NCBI GenBank assembly: GCA_035250975.1
Contig: DATFEP010000061.1
Location: 32,001 to 96,000, forward strand
Reading direction: 5' to 3'
DNA length: 64,000 bases
From: Nitrososphaeraceae archaeon
Lineage (GTDB): Archaea > Thermoproteota > Nitrososphaeria > Nitrososphaerales > Nitrososphaeraceae
The position numbers and the translations under genes are program-made. Every line of letters starts with the position of its first letter. Position 1 is the first letter of the stretch. Of this stretch, positions 52,091 to 63,116 are shown in pieces. Below the pieces are notes generated by a model. That model did no database searches and was not told the origin of the DNA. It saw only the letters and a list, made by a program, of their open reading frames with translations.

Positions 52091-53137
52091 TTATTGGCAG
52101 CTTCTATTATCCTGAAAATATTCTTTGATCCATCGATCAGTATACCTAGAATAATTCTGCAAAACAACAATTCTAGAAATTTCACTTTCATCCATTAATT
52201 CATATTCATTAAGTGTTTTTACCATAATCTCAGCAAAATTTCTTATTTCATTCATTTCAAGCATATGTTTTTGTTCCAATCTTTGGGTAGACATTCCGAT
52301 ATGCATATAAGATTTTATTTCTATAAAGTTGGGATTACCAATATTAATTAATTCAGCAAAATCAGACACATCTTCCAAATTATCGTTGTACCCTCTAATA
52401 AGTGTTATTCGTAATACTGTCCTTGTACTGATCTCAGAAATAATTTTAAGAGTGTTTAACCATCTATCCCACGCATCTTTATATTTTGGTCTATTAATTT
52501 GATAAAACATTTTTTTATTTGATGCATTAGTAGAGAGATACAATTGTGTTGGAAGTGCATCTTCTTTTATTAATTTCTTTATCATTTCAGGTTCTTGGCC
52601 ATTAGTAACAAGAAATATGGATTTAGTATTTTCTAAGGATTTCAAATATTTGATCAAACCTGGTAGTTTAGGATACATGGTAGGTTCTCCGGAAAGAGAT
52701 ATTGCGTAATGCAGCGGAAACAAAGATTCATCTAGTTTCTTTTTGTCTGATTTTGAATTTCCATAGAAACCAACAATTAATCGTTCTCTTTCTTTCAATA
52801 GTTGAGTCACAATAGCATCGGGCTCATCAACTAATTCTTCTGGCATTAATAAAGTATCATAAAATTCAGTTGGTCTCCAACAATACACGCATCGATTTTC
52901 GCAGTTCATTGCAGTTGGAGTCATTTCCATACATTGATGGGTTGAAATTCCATAAAATTTATGTTTATAACAATTACCTTCATTATAGAAAGATTTTTTC
53001 GTCCAATGACATAATTCTACAGCCGAATGATTGAAAATGCCGTATTTAGCTTTTCTGAGTCTTGCTTCTAAACTCGAAGTAATATGGATAAGATTATTTT
53101 CATTTTCATGATAAACATGTTCATCAGAACAGCTCAT
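52091..53137 (-). CDS. taw1: 4-demethylwyosine synthase Taw1/TYW1 (radical SAM)
   Basis: CHWTK, CYKHKFYGI, CENRCVYCWR, AISLSGEPT. Confidence 0.95.
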   Translation of the reverse strand: MSCSDEHVYHENENNLIHITSSLEARLRKAKYGIFNHSAVELCHWTKKSFYNEGNCYKHKFYGISTHQCMEMTPTAMNCENRCVYCWRPTEFYDTLLMPEELVDEPDAIVTQLLKERERLIVGFYGNSKSDKKKLDESLFPLHYAISLSGEPTMYPKLPGLIKYLKSLENTKSIFLVTNGQEPEMIKKLIKEDALPTQLYLSTNASNKKMFYQINRPKYKDAWDRWLNTLKIISEISTRTVLRITLIRGYNDNLEDVSDFAELINIGNPNFIEIKSYMHIGMSTQRLEQKHMLEMNEIRNFAEIMVKTLNEYELMDESEISRIVVLQNYSRYTDRWIKEYFQDNRSCQ

Positions 53138-53288
53138 TTATAGCATTAAAGATAGTCAAACTAATTTATACTTTAAAACTAGGTTGACAGAGTAAAATGT
53201 CTTTTATAAATATTTGTTCGAATAGCATAATGAAATCTTTAATACATTGATTACTTTTACATATGGGATCAAAAAATATTACACATAG

Positions 53289-53825
53289 TTGAAGACAATC
53301 GCGATCGATTTAGATTCAGTTTTAGCCGATGTAATGATTATTTGGATTGAGGAATATAATAGAATTCGTGGTTCCAACATCATCAAAAATGATATTACTG
53401 CTTGGGATATTCACAGCATTTTGCCTATAAATAAAATTGAATGTAATATTCTGTTTGCAATAGTATGGAAAAATAGATGGAAAGAAATACCGCCTACAAA
53501 TAAAAATATAGAAAAAATTATAAGGGATTTGAATAAGGAAAATAGAATTTCGATAATAACTAAAAGAGAAAAGGATACAATTCCGTTTGTATATGAGTGG
53601 CTGAAGTATAATAATATAACATATGACGACTTATTATTTGTGCCTGATGAAATTCCGAAAAGCGTATATCCATTCAATTTTTTGATAGATGATTATCCAA
53701 ATAATTTAGTAGATATTAAATTTCCAAAAAAAGGGATATTGTTTGATCAACCATGGAATAAAAATTTTAATTGGCCTAGAAGAATTCACTCCCTAGAAGA
53801 AATAAGAACAGTTATTTGTTTGTAG
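53289..53825 (+). CDS. HAD-family 5'(3')-deoxyribonucleotidase-like protein
   Basis: DLDSVLAD, IIT, LIDD, LFDQPWN. Confidence 0.8.
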   Translation: MKTIAIDLDSVLADVMIIWIEEYNRIRGSNIIKNDITAWDIHSILPINKIECNILFAIVWKNRWKEIPPTNKNIEKIIRDLNKENRISIITKREKDTIPFVYEWLKYNNITYDDLLFVPDEIPKSVYPFNFLIDDYPNNLVDIKFPKKGILFDQPWNKNFNWPRRIHSLEEIRTVICL

Positions 53826-53835
53826 TACAAATTAG

Positions 53836-54174
53836 CTAAGAAAATTCCAATTCTATAATTGCTCGGTTTAAAAGTGAGGAAACACCTGTATACTTTTTAA
53901 TAAATTCTATTGTAGATTCAAACGAATCAACACCTCTATATCCTTCATCGTACTTCATCAATACAATCCCTTTATTTGTCTTAACATAAAGTACAAATAA
54001 ATAGTAATTTCCCAATTTTGTGTCATAATTCTCTACATACTGACTTAATATTATTTCCTCTATATAATACTCATGAATGTACTTGATATTAGAAAGAACT
54101 TTTTCTGATTTTGTTGGGTTTTTTCCTTCTATTCTGTGAATATCAAAGTCAAGTATTATTTTTTTATTTTTCAT
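53836..54174 (-). CDS. Hypothetical protein overlapping the stop of the PurF-like gene
   Basis: 112-aa ORF with 11-nt overlap; YDEGYRG motif. Confidence 0.7.
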   Translation of the reverse strand: MKNKKIILDFDIHRIEGKNPTKSEKVLSNIKYIHEYYIEEIILSQYVENYDTKLGNYYLFVLYVKTNKGIVLMKYDEGYRGVDSFESTIEFIKKYTGVSSLLNRAIIELEFS

Positions 54175-55537
54175 ATTCTAAAAATCTGATCCATTCTGGA
54201 AACCACAAGTTACTTTCAGGAATGCCAATTCCTTTAGCGAGTAGGGAAGGAGAATTATAGAATATCTTTTCACAACCAATCTCCCTAGAAACAAAAGAAT
54301 TGAGCTGATCTAAATTGGATATTTTACCTACATATTTGTTGGCAAGAAAATCCCTATTATGAGTATACAAACCAACTTGTCTTCCATCAATAGTGGGAAC
54401 ATAACATACTATGACATTCACTTGGTTTACTCCATTTTTCTTGAGATAGTAAATAGTTTCTCTGGCTGTACTACCTGTTTGTATGGTTCCTTGAATTGTA
54501 GCAATTTTTCTATTTTTAGTTAAATTTTCTATTATAAATTTTAACGACTTGCCTGTTGTTAAAAGTTTATTTTTACTGACTTGTTCAGAAAAATCTATCA
54601 TATGATCAGAGTCATCATACCTGTCTTTTATTACTCCTTCGGATATTTCAAATTTTGAAAATTTGTTCTGTAAGCTTAATCCCATTCCCAATGCCATAGG
54701 TCTAGTATAATCTGGTTCTGCATAAATACTATCTAGATCCATCTCGAGGGGCAAACGATCAGCTTGTATTTTTCCGATATTTTTTCTTATTGAATAAATA
54801 CTTTTATTGTTAAACATGGAAGTTACATGAGATTCTCGTATAAATTCAAAAGGATCTAGTAATATTTTGTGGTCTTTAAGTGTAGCTAAATCCCGAACAT
54901 AATTTTTTAAACTTAATTTTATCAATTGTCCGGGTTTTATATTTTCATAATTTAAATGCGGAAAAGATATCCTTAATGAATTCTCAGATGAAATAACTAC
55001 AATGTGATCATCTGTGGCCATAATAAGAGGTTTAAATCCAGTACTATTTCGAAAAATAAATATTTCATTCTTCTTTTTAATAATAATATTTCCTCTGAGA
55101 TGTCTATCTATAAACTCTGCTGCCTGTTCGCTATTCTTTTTTTCAGTAATTAATTTCATAAAAATATAAAAAATTTGATACAATGGATCGAGTTTTTTTG
55201 CAGATCCGATGTGTGGATGAAGATATAACTTTTCTGTATCTACAAGAAAACCATCGATACAGATATCGAGTAAATTCATACTAGGAAAAAGGGGAGATCT
55301 TTTTGAAAGATATCCTACTGCACAGAATCCAGATAACTTTTTCTTTTTGATGGAAGCAAATAAAACATCGTCAGAAGGTATAGAACCTTGGTTTTCGATG
55401 ACATTGTCACCAATCATCAATTTCCAATAAGCTTTTCCTCTATGTTGAAGCATCCTCATACCACGTATAAGGTAAAAAATGGTCGTATCAGAAGATTTAT
55501 TTCCGTTGTAGTTATAAACTGCAATTAATCCTGCCAA
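54164..55537 (-). CDS. Degenerate amidophosphoribosyltransferase (PurF)-like protein
   Basis: LQHRG, RNSTGFKPL, FEFI, SIYSIRKNIG; lacks Cys1 and the DDSIVRGTT motif. Confidence 0.75.
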   Translation of the reverse strand: MAGLIAVYNYNGNKSSDTTIFYLIRGMRMLQHRGKAYWKLMIGDNVIENQGSIPSDDVLFASIKKKKLSGFCAVGYLSKRSPLFPSMNLLDICIDGFLVDTEKLYLHPHIGSAKKLDPLYQIFYIFMKLITEKKNSEQAAEFIDRHLRGNIIIKKKNEIFIFRNSTGFKPLIMATDDHIVVISSENSLRISFPHLNYENIKPGQLIKLSLKNYVRDLATLKDHKILLDPFEFIRESHVTSMFNNKSIYSIRKNIGKIQADRLPLEMDLDSIYAEPDYTRPMALGMGLSLQNKFSKFEISEGVIKDRYDDSDHMIDFSEQVSKNKLLTTGKSLKFIIENLTKNRKIATIQGTIQTGSTARETIYYLKKNGVNQVNVIVCYVPTIDGRQVGLYTHNRDFLANKYVGKISNLDQLNSFVSREIGCEKIFYNSPSLLAKGIGIPESNLWFPEWIRFLEYEK

Positions 55538-55707
55538 AGATCTGTTTTTTGATTGTTAGAAAAGATATAAAAGTTATCGAGTCCTAAAATGGAAATAATA
55601 TTCATAAAAATAATATAAGGAAAATTGACGCAATGTTACGAAATAATTATAATAAAGAATTTAGCAAAATAAAAAAATGGTTTAATGTTATATTAGTAAA
55701 TTAGAAT

Positions 55708-56910
55708 ATGTTAATTGGAATTATTGGGAAAGCGAATGTTGGCAAATCAACTTTTTTTAATGCTTTAACAGATCAAGCTGTTACATCAGCAAATTATCCT
55801 TTTACCACAATACAACCAAATATAGGAATTAGTTATGTAAGAAAAAAATGTGTTTGTAGAGAATTTGGTGTTAAAGATAATCCTATCCATTCAGTGTGTG
55901 TTGATGGGAATAGATTTGTTCCAGTGAAATTAATAGATGTAGCTGGTTTAGTTCCAGGAGCTCATTTAGGAAAAGGACTTGGCAATAAGTTTCTAGATGA
56001 TGCAAGACAGGCCGATGCATTAATTCATGTTGTAGATGCGTCTGGATCGACCGACCCCGAGGGACATATAATAGATCAATCCAAGGGAGACCCTCTGTAT
56101 GATATAAAATTTGTAGAAGAAGAATTTGATCGCTGGCTATTTTCTATAGTCAGCAGAGAATGGAATAAGATTTCAAGAGATATGATTAGTCAAAAAATGA
56201 AAATTGAACAGATACTAACAAAAAAATTGTCAGGTTTGTCTATAAATATGGACAATATTGTAGAATCCTTAATGGAGTTGAATTTAAAGAACAAGAATCC
56301 TGATTTGTGGACAGAGGATGAATTACTATCTTTTGTAAGAATAGTTAGAATGAAATCTAAACCTTTACTTATTGTTGCCAATAAAATAGACATAAAATCT
56401 TCTATGAAAAATATAATAAAGATTGAAAAAGAAATAGACAGAATAATAATTCCATGTGCTTCAGAAGCAGAATTAGCTTTAAGAAAAGGAATGGAAAAGG
56501 GACTATGGTATTATTTACCAGGTGATAAAGATTTTCAAATAAAGAAAAAAGACCTCAACGAACAACAACAAAAGGCGATATTGATGATTAAATCGATATT
56601 GATGGAGAATGGTTCTACCGGAGTCCAGAATGCCATCAATACTATATGTTTTGATCTCATGAAGATGATTATTGTTTACCCCGTAGAAGATGATGTTAAA
56701 TTATCAGACAAAAATGGAAACGTACTTCCACATGCGTTACTAATGCCTAAAGGTGCCACTGCAAAGGATCTTGCTCAAGCGATACATGCGGATTTGGCAA
56801 AAGGGTTTATGTTTGCAATTGATGTTAGAAGTAAACAAAGAATAGGAGCAGATTATAAACTGAATGATAATGATGTAATTAAAATAGTTTCATCTACATC
56901 AAGGGGATAA
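55708..56910 (+). CDS. ychF: Redox-regulated ATPase YchF (Obg family, TGS domain)
   Basis: GKANVGKSTFF, YPFTTI, DVAGLV, NKID. Confidence 0.93.
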   Translation: MLIGIIGKANVGKSTFFNALTDQAVTSANYPFTTIQPNIGISYVRKKCVCREFGVKDNPIHSVCVDGNRFVPVKLIDVAGLVPGAHLGKGLGNKFLDDARQADALIHVVDASGSTDPEGHIIDQSKGDPLYDIKFVEEEFDRWLFSIVSREWNKISRDMISQKMKIEQILTKKLSGLSINMDNIVESLMELNLKNKNPDLWTEDELLSFVRIVRMKSKPLLIVANKIDIKSSMKNIIKIEKEIDRIIIPCASEAELALRKGMEKGLWYYLPGDKDFQIKKKDLNEQQQKAILMIKSILMENGSTGVQNAINTICFDLMKMIIVYPVEDDVKLSDKNGNVLPHALLMPKGATAKDLAQAIHADLAKGFMFAIDVRSKQRIGADYKLNDNDVIKIVSSTSRG

Positions 56911-57947
56911 TGAAAATGATTTTTAATGATTCAGGTGAAAAACTAGGTTTTGGAATAGAGAGTACTGCTCACACTTTTGGTTGTTCGGTAATAAAATTTA
57001 AGGAACCACAAAAAAAAGGCGAGATTATTTCTGAAGAAAGGAGTATATATAAAGCACCATCCGGCTCAGGCATTCATCCGAGAGAAGCCTCAAGACATCA
57101 CATGAACAAGGCACCAGAAATCTTGAGAAATTGTTTGAAAGAAGCAAAAGTTGCTCCTAAAGAACTAGATATCATTTCATATTCTGCGGGTCCAGGATTG
57201 GGACCGTGCCTAAGAGTAGGAGCGGTTGTAGCAAGAACTCTTTCATCGTTTTATAATAAACCATTAGTTCCAGTCAACCATGCTTTAGGACATATTGAAT
57301 TAGGAATGATGTTAACTGAATGCAAAGATCCTCTAGTATTATTGGTTTCTGGAGGCCATACAATGATTTTAGCATTCTCAAATAAGCGATGGAGAATTTT
57401 CGGAGAAACGCTAGATATAACAATAGGACAATTATTAGATCAATTTGGCAGACACATGGGGCTTTCTTCGCCATGTGGAAACAAAATAGAGGAATTAGCA
57501 TTACAATCATCAGAACAGTATATTCAATTACCGTATTCAGTTAAAGGGAATGATGTCTCTTTTTCGGGCCTTTTGACTTATACAAAATCACTTATTACTG
57601 AAGGTAAAAATGAATTTGATGTATGTTTTTCCTTGCAAGAAACTGCCTTTGCTATGTTAACAGAAGTAGTTGAAAGAGCATTATCTTTTACAGGAAAAAA
57701 ACAGGTATTAATAGTAGGAGGTGTCTCAGCAAATAAACGTCTACATGATATGTTGGAACAGTCGTCTGAAAGGCAGAAAGCAGAATTACGATCATGTCCT
57801 TTAATTTACTCAGGTGATAACGGATCACAAATTGCATGGATAGGTTTATGCGAGTATCATACTACAGGAAAAAAAACAGATATCAAAAAATCTTTTGTTA
57901 ACCAATCATGGAGATTGGATTCAGTAGATGTTAATTGGAGAACCTAG
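56910..57947 (+). CDS. kae1: KEOPS t6A synthase Kae1
   Basis: GIESTAHT, GPGLGPCL, VNHALGH, VSGGHT, DNGSQIA. Confidence 0.95.
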   Translation: MKMIFNDSGEKLGFGIESTAHTFGCSVIKFKEPQKKGEIISEERSIYKAPSGSGIHPREASRHHMNKAPEILRNCLKEAKVAPKELDIISYSAGPGLGPCLRVGAVVARTLSSFYNKPLVPVNHALGHIELGMMLTECKDPLVLLVSGGHTMILAFSNKRWRIFGETLDITIGQLLDQFGRHMGLSSPCGNKIEELALQSSEQYIQLPYSVKGNDVSFSGLLTYTKSLITEGKNEFDVCFSLQETAFAMLTEVVERALSFTGKKQVLIVGGVSANKRLHDMLEQSSERQKAELRSCPLIYSGDNGSQIAWIGLCEYHTTGKKTDIKKSFVNQSWRLDSVDVNWRT

Positions 57948-57987
57948 AAATATACACAATAAACTAAAAAAACAGTTTTATACTTTT

Positions 57988-58317
57988 CTAATATAGTTTA
58001 TTAGATTTAACTTTTTCAATCTCTTTTGTCCATTTAGAATTACTGAAAACTCCGAATTTATATATCTCATTTTTTAAGGTGGTAATTACTACCTTTTTTA
58101 TGATGAATCCTTCAGCCCTACAATCAGCAATTTGATCAAGAGGTAAATCTAAAAGTAATTCGCCAGTTTGTTTTGAAAGGGTTGCAAGGGTACCTTCAGT
58201 TTTTTCAAAAATAATTCGCTGATTTGTAAGTGTAAGTATTCCGTTTTTTAGCCTGTCTTCGGCACAATCTTCTTCAAGAATTAATTTCTCTCCTTTTCTA
58301 GGTTTGACAGAACTCAC
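57988..58317 (-). CDS. Small PH/GRAM-like domain protein
   Basis: GEKLIL, GILTLTNQRIIF, LPLDQI, C-terminal W-containing helix; GTG 58317 likely start (ORF track starts at 58341). Confidence 0.6.
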   Translation of the reverse strand: MSSVKPRKGEKLILEEDCAEDRLKNGILTLTNQRIIFEKTEGTLATLSKQTGELLLDLPLDQIADCRAEGFIIKKVVITTLKNEIYKFGVFSNSKWTKEIEKVKSNKLY

Positions 58318-58335
58318 GTTTTTATTATATAGAAT

Positions 58336-58965
58336 ATGCATATATTATCATTGCATCGAAAACTCATTAAGAAAGGAGCAGAAGCCGATATTTTTTTAAT
58401 AGCATGGTACGGAAGAAAGGCGATTTCAAAAATGAGAAATCCAAAGCAATATAGGAACAAATATCTTGACGAAAATATAAGAAAAAAAAGAACATTACAT
58501 GAAGCCAATATGATAAGTGCAGTTAAGAACGTGGATATAAAAACACCATCTTTGTTATTTTTGGATCCACTAAAAGCTGAAATAATAATGGAATACATAG
58601 ATGGACATAATGTAAAGGATATAATGTCAAGTCAATTGGCTTTAGATATGGGAAAATATACGTCCTTACTACATAATAATAATATTGTACACGGTGATTT
58701 AACTACTTCAAATTTTATAAAATCTGGTAACGATCTTGTAGTTATAGATTTTGGATTATCTTTTTTTTCTGAGAGGATTGAAGATAGAGCGGTCGACTTT
58801 CGATTAATTAAAGAGATTTTGAGTAGTGCACATATAGATATATTCGATCAGGCATATCAGAATTTCATAACAGGATATTCGAACAATACAAATAACAATA
58901 TGAAAAAAATATTACGAGTAGTCAGTGAAATAGAGAAAAGAGGAAGATATGCAAGAATAAGTTAG
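58336..58965 (+). CDS. bud32: KEOPS kinase Bud32
   Basis: KGAEA, HGDLTTSN, IDFGL, EKRGRY. Confidence 0.94.
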   Translation: MHILSLHRKLIKKGAEADIFLIAWYGRKAISKMRNPKQYRNKYLDENIRKKRTLHEANMISAVKNVDIKTPSLLFLDPLKAEIIMEYIDGHNVKDIMSSQLALDMGKYTSLLHNNNIVHGDLTTSNFIKSGNDLVVIDFGLSFFSERIEDRAVDFRLIKEILSSAHIDIFDQAYQNFITGYSNNTNNNMKKILRVVSEIEKRGRYARIS

Positions 58966-59177
58966 ACAAAATTGCTAAAATTAAAATTACTAGAATATCA
59001 GAAATAATAGTATCATATTACCTAACATAGGTTGGTTTACAATTTACTTCATGCAATATGTATTATGTTCTTGGAATTGTTATTTTTTATATAACAAAGA
59101 TTTAAGAATTTATGTTAATCTGTATATACTATATACCATTTGAAAATATTTTTATTTATAATATTTATAGATAGAAT

Positions 59178-59750
59178 ATGATTAATTTACTGTTTTTTGT
59201 AACTAGTAATTCAAATAAATTTTTGGAGGTTGAATCAATTTTAAAAAAAAGATTAAATTCGACAAAATTACAGTTTTATAAGCATCATATTATAGAAATA
59301 CAATCTGATGATATCGAAATAATTGCTTTAGAAAAAGCTAGATATGCGTATGATATGGTTAAACAGCCAATAATAATAGAAGATGATGGATTGTTCATTA
59401 AATCTTTAAACGGCTTTCCAGGCCAATATTCGTCATATAGTTTTGCTACAATAGGAAATAGAGGAATCTTGAAACTAATGAAGGGAGAATCTGATCGATC
59501 TGCTTTTTTTAGATCGATTTTTGTTTATAATGATGGAATTGAAATAGAACTTTTTTCTGGACAAATTTGTGGAAAAATCTCTACGCGACTTTATAAAGGA
59601 GGATGGGGATTTGATCCTATTTTTATTCCAGAAAAATCAAATATGTCATTGGGCAGATTATACATTATAAACAAAAAAAACAAGTTTTCGCATAGAAGAT
59701 TAACTTTAGAGAAATTCATATCATGGTATAACGGAAAATATCCACAATAG
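59178..59750 (+). CDS. rdgB: Non-canonical purine NTP pyrophosphatase (RdgB/HAM1)
   Basis: TSNSNK, EDDGL, GFPG, GFDPIF, SHR. Confidence 0.93.
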   Translation: MINLLFFVTSNSNKFLEVESILKKRLNSTKLQFYKHHIIEIQSDDIEIIALEKARYAYDMVKQPIIIEDDGLFIKSLNGFPGQYSSYSFATIGNRGILKLMKGESDRSAFFRSIFVYNDGIEIELFSGQICGKISTRLYKGGWGFDPIFIPEKSNMSLGRLYIINKKNKFSHRRLTLEKFISWYNGKYPQ

Positions 59751-60034
59751 AGTATCAAATATTTTGAATTTATCATTTTATTATTACATTAAAATATTTG
59801 CTTACAGAACAATTTGACTTTAAACTTTATTATCTTGAATTGACTTCACAATGTAATGTAAATTTATAAAGAAATTTTTTCAAGTAATCATAAAGTCATT
59901 TGTATAATTTATTTCTATTATGCAAAAAGAATAATAGTTATAAAAGTAACTTTATTTTTAATATTTAATGAAGATATTGTTCTATTTAATAGTATCACAT
60001 CTGTTATATTAATTATAAACTTTATAAGTTAAGG

Positions 60035-60328
60035 ATGAAAAACCGCAGCCGATACGAGGTTATTGCAGCTATAATATCATCATGCATAAGGATGGAAACT
60101 CGAACAAAAATTATGTACAAAGCTATGCTTAGTAACGATCAATGTAAGCTATATATTCAATTTTTATTAAAATGTGGTTTAATTAACGAGGTTTTAAACG
60201 GTGAAAAAAGGTATTATATTATTACTGAAAGCGGAAATAAATTTCTGGTTAATTTTGAAAAATTGAAAGAAATGCTCCCAAGCATCATGGAGGGAGAGAT
60301 AGAAGAACATCATAATTTAAGGATCTAA
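60035..60328 (+). CDS. Winged-helix transcription regulator (small archaeal wHTH type)
   Basis: RSRYEVIAAI, TKIMYKAMLS, YIITESG. Confidence 0.85.
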   Translation: MKNRSRYEVIAAIISSCIRMETRTKIMYKAMLSNDQCKLYIQFLLKCGLINEVLNGEKRYYIITESGNKFLVNFEKLKEMLPSIMEGEIEEHHNLRI

Positions 60329-61135
60329 CATAAATTTTATTATATTTTGAAATTTATTCATAGAATGTCTTCTAGATATTTAAAAACATTAATTCATAGT
60401 TTTCAACCGATATTTTACAAAATCCAGTTTGAATCTTGTAGTTCTGTGATAACACAATTAGCGTCTTTCAGATCATCAAACCTAGAATGATAAAAACAAG
60501 GAAGTATTTTGTATTTTACTTGCTTTGGGCATCTTCTGCAATGAATAATTCTTCTTATCCTACTGGAAAATATTCCATTTTTGAGAGCATGTTTATCTGG
60601 ATCTAGAAACTTTCCCGTAATTTCAGAGCAAAGTGGTTTGCTCTATCTACAAAAGGTACAAATTACAAAATCTTTCTATGTGTACCCATTTTAACTAGTG
60701 GACGAAACTCTTGCTGTTAAATTTATTATATTGTTGAAATAACTGTTTCCTATTATATTAATAGACTACTAAAAACAATTATTCTTTTGGGAGATCCTAT
60801 AACTGCTACAACAGATCCTTGTTTCCTTCTTCTGACTAAATAAGTGTATACAAATATTGGATTCGTCCTGTATAATGATATTAATCCAGTAGATTTTAAA
60901 CTAATGATCTAATTTACTCTTTTTTAAATTTCCTTTTGTCCTTTATTCAGAACGCATTGATAAATCATTATGCAGTTTTTTAAGTGAAAAATCACTTATG
61001 TAATAATCTTTATATCTATACCTAATCAGTATATTTATAATATTTTTTGACTATTAATTTAAAGATAATTTTCACTTTCTTTAACTCATCATTCTTATTC
61101 TTTTTCGTATCAATAAGTGTGTAGCTTAATTCAAC

Positions 61136-62143
61136 TAGAATACATTTAATCACAAACAAATAATTATGCTACATCGATACAAACCTGTTATACAACCTTA
61201 TCTTTAGAGCAGTTTCTACTTTTTGCATATTAAATTTCTTTGATAGTAAATGTTCTACCAATACTCTTTTTAATGATGAGAAGACGACTTCAGCAATCCA
61301 TCGTTGTCCTGTGTTTTTTAATTGTTTGTACTTTTCATAACCAATTTTTTGAATCAGATGAACAAGTTCATTGCTTGATTTACATTTTCTTGTTCTACCA
61401 TTAGCGTTCTTTCTAATAGTTATAACAGGTTCAATATACATTTTGTCTAACATATTGAAATTAGTCTTACTGTCATATGCTTTATCCGCATATGTTTTTG
61501 CAATTCTGTGGTTTTTGGAAATCTCTTTTATCATGGGTACAAATTTCTTGCTATCATGAACAGTACCTTTAGTTATTAGGAATGAGATTATCTGTTTTGA
61601 TTTAGTATCAACTGCAATATGTAATTTAAGGTACTCTCTACGTTCTTTCTTCCATTTATCTTCAATGTAAAGTACCTTTCTTAGATATGGTAAGACCAGA
61701 AGCATTAATCACCAAGGTTATTGACTCATCTATCTTTTCATTCTTGTAATTATCTCTAAAATTAGTACACATTCTCTTGATACGTCTTCTCAATTGAGTA
61801 AAATGTATTTCCTCCATTATTCTGATATATTCTGCTAATCCCCTTACAATTCCCTGTACTCTTGTTCTGTATGAAATAGAAAATCCAATTTTGAGAAATG
61901 CTAGAAATTGGACATAACTATCAGGATATAGAAACGGTCTACCAACTTTGTTTTTGTTCATCTTTGATAGTTCCCTTCTTTGTGATTTAATAAATCCAAT
62001 ATCCATCAGGATATGACCACGTTCTATGAGGGATTCATTATATGCAGACCAGTTTCTCTTGGACATTAGAAGAATAATGAAATTACTGGATAATAATGCT
62101 ACAAACTACGTATCAATATATATTAAAATAAAGTTGTATTCTA
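61136..62143 (-). mobile_element. IS5-family element with inactivated transposase (ORFs 61662-62066 and 61169-61705)
   Basis: NWSAYNESLIERG, GRPFLYPD, KLHIAVD, ADKAYD, RWIAEVVFSSLKR; +1 frameshift near 61672; possible weak TIR TAGAATACA/TGTATTCTA, so ends are uncertain. Confidence 0.85.
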
Positions 62144-62813
62144 ATACGTACATACAATAGAATACATTCATTCTGAATATAATTATAGTATTCGTCAAAA
62201 TTCTCGTTTCTATCCTTGAGAAATTGACTGACTAATTTCATCAAACTTTTATGCAATATTAAATAATGGATAAATTTTTAATTCAATCGAATTACATGCT
62301 CCATAATACAATGTGTCAACCTCCGCATGTACAATATGTCGTCGATAGTTGGATAGAAGGGACCTGACAAAATATTACCTACTAACAATTTTTGCCCTTA
62401 TATTCAAAGCACTTTCTTATTGATTAGCTTCATATTAAATCAAAACACAACCAATAAAGATGATCTCCAATATGAACAATAGTTATATCTCATGAAATTC
62501 TCCTTTTTTCACAGGTGTGAGATGATACAAATCGCGGTCGATTTTCCTACATAATCTCTTTTTCTTTTCTAAAAGTTGTCAAAGCTTTGATGGTATCGCT
62601 TAAAATTAGGCAAAGTACATGTATAATTATACATTACTTAACTGTGTATGTTGTGTTCTAAATTGAATGACTATAGATAATTAGTAGGGCTACATCTTAA
62701 ACCGATTTGGTCAAATTGACACAACTTTTGCAAGGATACGAATATTGCACAAAATTTGTTTCATCATAAACAGAGTTCATATTAGGGAACAAGAATCATT
62801 TGTTTTGTTATTA

Positions 62814-63059
62814 ATGAATTATAGTGGAAGAGGATATGGTAGAGGCGGAGACAATAGAAGGACATTTGGCTCAAGTCCAAAACCAGTTGAAATGGGAAAA
62901 GAATACGAAGTGGAAATATCAGAAATAAGTAATAAGGGAGATGGAATTGCCAGAATCCAAGGATTTGTAATCTTCGTTGTTGGAGGAAAAGTTGGGCAGA
63001 ATGTGAAGATAAGAATCACCAGTATCGGAGAAAGATTCGCAAAAGCAGAAGTTGTGTGA
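62814..63059 (+). CDS. Single-TRAM-domain RNA chaperone (cold-shock-like)
   Basis: Gly/Arg-rich N-terminus, KPVEMGKEYEVEI, GDGIARIQGFVIFV. Confidence 0.9.
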   Translation: MNYSGRGYGRGGDNRRTFGSSPKPVEMGKEYEVEISEISNKGDGIARIQGFVIFVVGGKVGQNVKIRITSIGERFAKAEVV

Positions 63060-63116
63060 ACGCAAATCATTTATATAAAACCTACGGTCGCTACAGCAGG
63101 TTTTTAGAAAAAAAGA

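Noticed and set aside
60360-60900. Possible decayed gene on the - strand (fragment 'GNSYFNNIINLTARVSS' faintly like a nucleotide-cyclase motif)
   Set aside because: Multiple stops and only one short motif; cannot be supported without a search.
3222-63070. Many 60-120 aa ORFs antisense to or nested in core genes (e.g. 3222-3470, 4191-4547, 13915-14205, 22919-23221, 48112-48399, 62819-63070)
   Set aside because: Shadow ORFs of well-supported genes, with no recognisable motifs.
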